64,000 bases of DNA from Takakia lepidozioides. Lineage: Eukaryota; Plantae; Bryophyta. Shown one piece after another: positions 56,801 to 64,000 of this stretch. The stretch is from contig CM060732.1 in the NCBI GenBank assembly GCA_030704615.1, forward strand, positions 70,122,001 through 70,186,000, in the 5' to 3' direction. Each line of letters starts with the position of its first letter. Positions within the stretch are counted from its first letter, which is position 1. The notes below the pieces were generated by a model. The model ran no database searches. It worked only from the letters and a program-made list of their open reading frames with translations, and was not told the origin of the DNA. Both the position numbers and the translations under genes were made by a program.

Positions 56801-59546
56801 GGCTGTCTGCCCACATGTGTCGTGGGGAATATGTTGTTGGACATTCTTGTGACCAGTCTGCTGGACAGTCTCCCGAACTCCTTGTAAAGCCAGGACAAGG
56901 TCCCTTGCACCTCTGGCAAAAGAGTCGAAAGCAGCCTGCACTTGCTTGTCTCCCAGATCAATTCGCCCTGCAACACATGTTTATGCAAATGTGAACTTCT
57001 AAAAAAGTTGGCAAAAGAAATTGAGCTGAAACACGAAAATTGCCCATAACATTTTACCCTCCAAGAGATTTCCGACGAGGCCAATGTCCTTGATTTGCCG
57101 GCACAGGCATGCTCCATCGAGATGAGCAATGGCGCCGATGCGGTCTTCAGTTGGGATCCCACACCACATGACTTTGAAGACATTGGGATTCTGCAAAACA
57201 ATGTCGAATACTGCTCGCTCCATCACCAATGCAAACCAGTGCAATGCGTCATCCACCACAAACTTCTGTGAATGGTCTGTTCCATGGAGTAAGTCCATCC
57301 TCAAACTATGCAGATCCTTCATCAACTTGTTGTATGAGCGGAAATTGCCAAATTGCATCCATCTGTGTTGTAGAATGGAAGCTGCCATGCGCTCAAAGTC
57401 CTCCTCAGTCAATCTGAACAAGTGCTTTCTTCACACCCCAAAGGTTGGATGTGCCATAGGCATATGTCTGAGGTCTTCAGGCCGTGGGTCATCCATGAGA
57501 ATCAGCTGCACAAGTAGAGGCGGCGCATTTTGGACGCTTGTGGCTTCAATGGCAACAACAGAGGCGGCTTCCAGAACATGGTTGGCTTCCTCAATATAAA
57601 ACTCCATGGAATAATAAAAGGGTACAAATGACCACCGGCGGTCCGCAACAATCCGGTGGAGCTCATTATGCCAATCCAAATGGGGATTAATTTCTCCCAC
57701 CCTAAGCCGGGGAAGTATGAGGTCTTCAGCTCCGGGTCGAATTACCAGTGATGGCGATCGCCAAACTGCAAAAAGCGCTGTGCTATGTGAGAGAAAGGCA
57801 GTCTGTTGGTTAGTCTGCTGGTCCGCAGTCTGTTGGATGACAGGACTTCCCATTGGCATGGGTTGCATGATGGGCTCCTGGAGAGGAGTCTGCAGGATGA
57901 CAGGCTGCTCGTTGGGAGTTTGCTCCGTTGGAGTCTGTTGGATGACAGGCTGCTGAGCGGGAGTCTGCTGGATGACGGCGTGCTGAATGGGAGCCTGCTG
58001 GATGGCAGACTCGGCTATCCCATACGCATTCCCCCCCGACGCGTCTTGAATATGTAATGCCGCTATAGCAGCAGATGACCCAAGATACTTCAATAATATG
58101 TACTCTCGCACGCGGTCCACTTCCGCACGCACTGCAGTCGCTTGTAAAGGAGCATCATTGCTAGGTATCCGCCAAGCCTGAATGGCCCTACGAATAGAAA
58201 CACGTTCATCCTGGTACACGGCAGAGAACTTGGACGTCAGGAACATGGACGTTGACTCTATATTCACCTCATGCAGCGGACTGGACTCACAGACCAGCAG
58301 ACTGACAGACGTAACGTGCGTACGTAGGGTGGAGGCAACTAGTAGACTGTACCAGTGGACTGGACCAGCGGACTGACAAACGGACTCAGAATGTATTGCA
58401 ACGATATAAAATAGACTAACTGACGAGCGGAGTGAGCCAGCGGACTGAGGAGAGAACGCAACGGACTGACCAGACTGAATAGGCAACGTGACCCCGATGA
58501 TGGACTCAAACAACACAGAGAACAGACTGGGCGGTCAAACTGACCATTACCTCCTCTACTTCATCATCGTCATCTTCATCTTCAAAGCTGTTCAACTAGT
58601 TCTGTTCCGCCTGTCGGATGAATGTGCGTAGCAGACCTGACTGGGCAACTCTGTAGAAATAACGGAAGAAGTCTGGATCCCCAATTGGTGGGCACTCTGG
58701 TGGGAAAAGCCCAAAGTCAACGAGGCGCAATGTGCCAAGGCAGACTGGCCCTTCAGTGCTCTGTTGAGGTTTTGGTTTTGACCCTAAACCTCTGGCATGG
58801 GTCGCGATATTTGTGTGAGTCTACTGCCGAGTCTGGTCAGGCAAGTCAATGTCCACTGGACTTGTCACCCCTTCCAGGCCTTCGAAGTCATTATTCCGGA
58901 TAATGGTTTGCCCGCCCTGAGCAGATTCACTTTCAGTATCAGTACTGATGGTGTGGGTCTGCCGCCCAGGACGGTGTTCAGTCTGTTGCGTGGATTTTTC
59001 CCTTGCCTCGCGAGCAGACCTTGCAGCCTTCTCCTTTTTTTGCCTCTCCTTTTTTTGGGCCCCATCTCTCAGTTTACGTTTTCTGGCAGCGTCCGACGTT
59101 CCCTGCACTTGCAAATCCTCCATTGACGGGCCACCAGAATGGACGCCATACTGTGCGCGCACTTCGTCTAATTCCAAAGTACGGGGGTCAAGCACTGATC
59201 CGCGCAAGCGCATTGTGGCCTCTTTGACAATTGACATTTCTTTCAGTATTGGCCAAGGCTTGAAATCCCGTGGAATCATTGCAACAGTCTCCTTGTAACC
59301 CGTGTCAACACAATGCCGATTTAGTTGGATTTTGTCCTTGATAACCTCTTCACAGAAGGAACATAAGAGCTTGTCCTTCTGCCAATTCGAGTTTTTGGGC
59401 TTTCGGGCGCGGAGGTCTACAAATGCTTCCACTATTTTATGATCAAACTCGTCTGGTGAGTACGAGTACCTTCGCTTTTTTTTTAGTCTGGTTTGGTGCA
59501 CAAAATCCACCCAGTCCGCTCCACCCTTTTCACAATCATCCTCCAT
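53866..59546 (-). pseudogene. Second gene of the Mutator-like element: long multi-exon protein with an N-terminal CxxC...H motif, Q/T-rich repeats and a C-terminal Ulp1-like (C48) cysteine protease
   Basis: Co-oriented ORFs from 59546 to 53866. Protease motifs: DDIKAL..., DFIVVSI, HWSVCIID...HLNS, VPQ*PFSWECGFYVMSFI. Exon joins are only partly resolved, so this could be two genes. Confidence 0.7.
55650..56110 (-). repeat. Coding minisatellite, ~96-bp (32-aa) units of type QQTAQFTDGRTD
   Basis: Repeated CAGTCCTT(C/T)C...TCTGTGA..TGTGCA units, visible in ORF 55674-56255. Confidence 0.75.
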
Positions 59547-61348
59547 TGCTGCAGAATGAAACGAGGGTGCAAGGACAATGAGCGACATATAGAAGTCCTA
59601 TGAAAAGACTCACCCTAAGCAAGAAGAGGACACATAATGGAATGGAAACACTGTAGCAAGTGAGAACCTCACCGAGCCGATGAACTTCGAGTTGTTACGA
59701 AGGCGAGCGTGTTTGCGACGCTTCGCGGCTCACCGCGACTCTCCACACCTGGGGAAGAACGGTCGTCTTTCGTTACGGTGATGGAAACGCAAAGAGGAAA
59801 ACAAAACAGTGCGAAGAAACAGGCGCGAAGAGAATGGAGTCGATCGCACATGGAACATGAGAAGAAAGTAGAAGTAGAAGTAGAATGGGGAAAGCGGGCA
59901 TGGCACTGCCAACGTAGCGCGATTTCACAGGCGCCAACTATCCGCCGTCATCGCATTGAATACGTCCACCGAACGAACGCATCGTACTAAATTCATCCAC
60001 GGTCCTCGCACGTGCAGCAGACTCATTTCCCATCGGGCCCAGAGTCCAGCGGACTATTCGCTTTGCTGAGGCGAAGCGGCTTCATATTGGAGGCACTTCC
60101 CTGCCAGCGGACAGACTGAAAAGAGACTGGCAGCAGAACAGACTGACAAAGTACCAGACGAACAGACTGATATCCATCGGGGAACGATTGTCGAGCACAC
60201 CTCCAGTTCAACAGACTGGTTTGCAAAGAAGCGGGTGGAATGAAGACAAAAGAGAGTAAGGGGAGAACAGGAAAGTCGAACACACCCATTGCGAATAGAC
60301 TCGCGGCACAACAGACTGATGCATGCACAGTCCAACAGACTGATATCCATAGAGGAGAACTGTCCAGCAGACGGACGTTTGGGAGAACAAGCCAAAAGAC
60401 TGACCGGAGGAAAAATAAGAAGTCAAACAGACTTAGTGCAACAGACTTCCGACACAACAGACTGACAAATTTACAAGTGCGACAGACTGATATCCCAACA
60501 GACGGACTCCCAGCAGACCGCCTCCAAACTGACTGTTATGCACGCGATAAGGGGAATATCCGAAGCACTGACGGGCCAACGGACCCACTGTGAACAGACT
60601 CGCGACACAACGGACCTCAAACATCCACGCGCATTTGCAGATGCAATTGTCTCAGCCTGGTCCGTCTCCTGGCAAATGCGACAATGTACCGATTCTGCAC
60701 CTACTCCCGTCGTGGCTCAGACATCTGCATTTAGCAGGTGCGTGTGGATGTTTGAGGACCTTAGGACTGGATGGTGTTCCGTGACGACTCGAATTGCTTT
60801 TTTGTGCTGCCATCCTTTATATAATACCATGTGGATCCATCACAAAGCTGGGTTTCTTCATATTCTCCACCCTTTTCCACAACTTATGCACGACGGATGC
60901 AAGCCGCTATACTTGGTCACATAAACAGTCCCATCGTCCGATACGAAATCTGCAATACACCACCCCATGTGCATACGCTTCCGCCATTTTCGCGCCCATG
61001 TTAGATGCAGTACGAAGGGGCTAAACGTATCATGACGGATCACAAGCAGAGGACGTTATCGACGACAGATGTCCGCATTTTCCATATTTATGACATAGAA
61101 CCAAACCATAAAACGAAGGTTCCCGAAAGCACAACAAGAAGGCAAAAATAGTGGAAGCTTATGCACGATGGTGGCTGTAGTGCCGAGACAGTCCTCTCAT
61201 GTTCAAGCACACGCTTCATCATCATCATGAACATCGCGCGCAAAAGAGGAACAGTCGCGTGCATGGAAACGCCTACCGCAACATCGGACAACAAACAGCT
61301 GTCAAAAGAGAGCGGCCGGGAATTGGTGGCAAGATCATTGCCATTTTC

Positions 61349-61655
61349 GCAGCCCTAAAAATGGAGGGCTCGGATGGGTTATGGGAATGGACGGTGGCGA
61401 TCCTGCGCTGTCAGCGGACTGGATGGCAGGGGACTAGCCAGTGGACTGGCGGGCAGACTGGCAGACTGCTGGGTAGCGGACTGGCCAGCACGGACAGACG
61501 GGCAGAGTGGAGGGCAGCGGACTCATGGGCGGGGGACTGGCCGCGCGGCGGACGGGGCGCGGGCGGGGTGCTGGGGAGCTGGGCGTCCGTGCGCGGGGCC
61601 CACCGGCCACATCGCATTTGCCCATTGAAGACCCTATTATCTTAAAATGAGAGGC
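61349..61655 (-). repeat. Right TIR of the Mutator-like element
   Basis: Reverse complement of 36711-37064. Confidence 0.92.
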
Positions 61656-61996
61656 AAAAATGGGCAGCAGTGGGAAGGCAAAATGGCTCTTAGTTATGCG
61701 GGCTGGAGTCTTCTCTCTCACTAAGCTCAATAAATTCACTGGACGTTAAAGAAATTTTATCTTTATCTTTATCTCTTCAAACAAGTAGTAATTTACTCTT
61801 GCTTGATGCGTCCACATTTTTTATTTACCATACACAAAGAGTGCAGATTTGAGCCCATAATCACCCCCGTGGCACACATCTCACTATATCTAAATGAGAG
61901 TAATATAATGAAAGTGATCGTCTGGCAGATATATAGAGATCTGTAGCAGACGGGGAGGCGGGTAACTGACTGTCTTTGCAGCCGAGCAGCCCAAAA

Positions 61997-64000
61997 ATGG
62001 CAGAGGAGGTTTGGTATGGGGACGAGAAGAGCAGCGATGTCACCCTGCAGCTTGTGCCCAAGCATGACTCGGAGCACTGCGCTGCCAATGGCTCTGATGA
62101 TCAGCCCAAACACACGCACACTCCCACACTGTTGCTGGAATACCTCAAGCACACATCCACCGCGCCTCTCCTGCTTGAGGATGGATCCAAGCATGGGAGT
62201 AGCCATGCTACCACCTCGGATGTGCCCACCAAACGAGGGCAGCCGTCGAAGAAGAGAAGGAAACTGCATGGCCACCCTGAGGCCACCACACTGCATGTTC
62301 ATTCTGCCACTCTCCGTCGCTGCCAGGTGCTGTATTGAACCTGCAGTTACATTACTGTTCAGGACGGATTTCTGGATTGCTGTGAGGACATCCGATTATT
62401 AGAATGTATCACTTAAGAATAATTTTCTGCAGCTTCTCGTACTGATGACTTGGATGCATAAGTGGACACAAACAAGCACACAGTACTTTACAATCCTAGG
62501 CTCGGAAGGACAGAGAGGGAGGTACACAATTGAATTGTACTTTGAATCCACTTGGCTTAAATTTAGATCTTAAGTAAATGTGCATAAGCGCGCAAGAAGC
62601 CTAGTGTCAAACCAGATTCTGTAAATTGAGCATAATTGTAACATCTAAATGAATACTGATCTGTACAAAGACATGTAGCAGTTGGTATTCACGTTTTGAA
62701 TGCTGCAACTGGGTTGCAGTACTTCAATGCGTGCTTGGGGGAGCGGTGGGCCAAAGATGCGGACGGCGCACGTCCTGTGCAGCTAACTCTGGAGGCCCAC
62801 AGCGACCCTAGTTGCTACATTCGATGCATTGGCTTTCTTTATACGAAGGACCTCTCTCCAGCGAACTACTTCCAGTCTGTGGCTGATGCCCTCAGTGTTC
62901 TTCGGTGGCATCCCAGCTCCTGTTTCAGGACTGTATAATCTCTTCAATGCGTTACCTGGCAGCCATTCCCTGGAGCCCAGAGGACCAAGCAGCAATCCAC
63001 TCTACACTCTCCTTCGTCCACCTCCCTCTCTCTGCGGATTTAGCCGCTCGGCTGGGTACCTTCGGGGTCAATGGGTCCACAGGGCTGGAGCTTTCAAGTT
63101 TGGTGAAGAGGGTCTTGGAGAAGCTTTTGGCCACCAACACTCAAGACTGCCTGAGCTTCCGTGACCGACGTGCAGTGTGTGAAAAAGTGTTGAGAGGGAA
63201 CATGCAAGGGCCTTTGTCCTCAGGACCGCTCGCGAGCATCACCAAGTCCGCACTCTATGGAGAATTGCACAAAATTCTGAACAGATTCAAGGATCAGGTC
63301 TGTACAATGTCCCCATTCTTACTGGGGACAGGGCCTGGACACAGTAGAGGCATGTTAGAGGCTGAATCATATATTTATAAGGACTCTTTGTAGGTAAGCC
63401 AGGGTCTACCAATAGGCACATTGGGTGATCACTTGAGTACTACTCTTTCTGGTGTAGATGCGCTTGGCAGCATACTTACGGCTTTCGAATCTCTTGAGGT
63501 AATTAATAGTCGATTTTTGGGCTGCTTGTTGAGGGCCCATTCTTCTTTCCTGCTTTCGTTTTTCGCCCAAGCCTTTCTTTCTACTACTTTTAGACTGGAC
63601 CTTCTGACGAAATATGAAGTAACAGGTGAAAGACAGCTGCTGGCTTCATGAAGACGACATTCCTGATCTAAGTAAGGGGATTGTGTGGCTGCTCAACACG
63701 TTGCTGGATCTGAACGTGGCTGACGATGCTGTCAAAAGCATTTCCATTGACAAGGAGCTCGCCGACATAACCTCCGGCCTGTTAGAGTCCATCAAGTCCA
63801 ACTTCTGCAACGACTTCCTCACAGAGTTTTGCCATGTTCTGGTGCGGATGTTGCACGCACTTGAAAAGGGACAGATGATCCTGGACAATTCAACAAGGCT
63901 GGCTCTTATAGAGACCTGGCTGCCAGTGCTCAAAGAGAGCGAGTTTGTCATTAGCGATGAGCTGAGGGAGAGTGCAGAAAAAGCTGTGAATGGGGCTTTG
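61997..64000 (+). CDS. BTB/POZ-domain protein (At1g63850/At3g50780-like family), 3'-partial, one frameshift
   Basis: Exons 61997-62326 (GDEKSSDVTLQL...LHVHSATL), 62720-63297 (YFNACLGERW...ASQLLFQDCIISSMRYLAAIPW), 63626-end (IVWLLNTLLDLNVADD...RLALIETWLP). Frameshift at ~62905. Confidence 0.8.

Larger units (their letters stand above)
36711..61655. mobile_element. 24.9-kb long-TIR Mutator-like element (about 12.4 kb without the nested CACTA)
   Basis: GC-rich TIRs 36711-37064 and 61349-61655. 9-bp TSD TAAAATGGG (36702-36710) and AAAAATGGG (61656-61664). The joined flanks rebuild a copy of the TATAGGGCCCACCCC...TGGCTCTTAGTTA motif seen at 36574-36623. Encodes a SWIM-DDE transposase and a Ulp1-like gene. 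Confidence 0.88.

Noticed and set aside
55683-56994. Long plus-strand Leu-rich ORFs
   Set aside because: Antisense shadows of the Q/T-rich minus-strand coding repeats.
60600-61300. Possible third gene (VANC-like) in the Mutator-like element
   Set aside because: Only short interrupted ORFs with no recognisable motif; needs a family consensus.
36727-61634. Alternative boundary: a TA-TSD element starting GGGTCTTC
   Set aside because: Inverted similarity extends to 36711 and 61655, where a 9-bp TSD fits a MULE transposase and rebuilds a local motif. Not fully excluded.

Overview
Eukaryotic plant DNA with spliceosomal introns. The transposon families suggest a non-seed land plant, probably moss or lycophyte-like (inference). 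There are three host genes: a 5'-partial receptor-like kinase (1433-4982, +), a divergent SnRK1-alpha-like kinase (25831-31412, +) whose activation-loop Thr is replaced by Glu, and a 3'-partial BTB/POZ gene with a frameshift (61997 to window end, +). They are separated by two nests of transposons. Nest 1 (7.5-21.5 kb) is an LTR-like pair enclosing a hAT remnant. That remnant holds two oppositely oriented non-autonomous elements with 9-bp TSDs and 28-bp palindrome arrays; one carries a hAT MITE and the other a full-length L1-type LINE. Nest 2 (33-61.7 kb) has Copia and Gypsy remnants and a 24.9-kb long-TIR Mutator-like element. That element encodes a SWIM/DDE transposase resembling the plant At4g13970/At1g60560-type genes and a long gene ending in a Ulp1-like protease, and its TIRs, several introns and its intergenic DNA are saturated with an AGTC-core motif. 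A complete 12.5-kb CACTA element (TSD GCG) is nested in it. Its TnpA-like gene carries an in-frame FCP1/NIF-type HAD phosphatase-like exon between two TnpA domains. The best candidates for new biology are this TnpA-phosphatase fusion and the VANDAL-like motif-saturated Mutator element. All family names come from motif recognition by eye; no database search was run.
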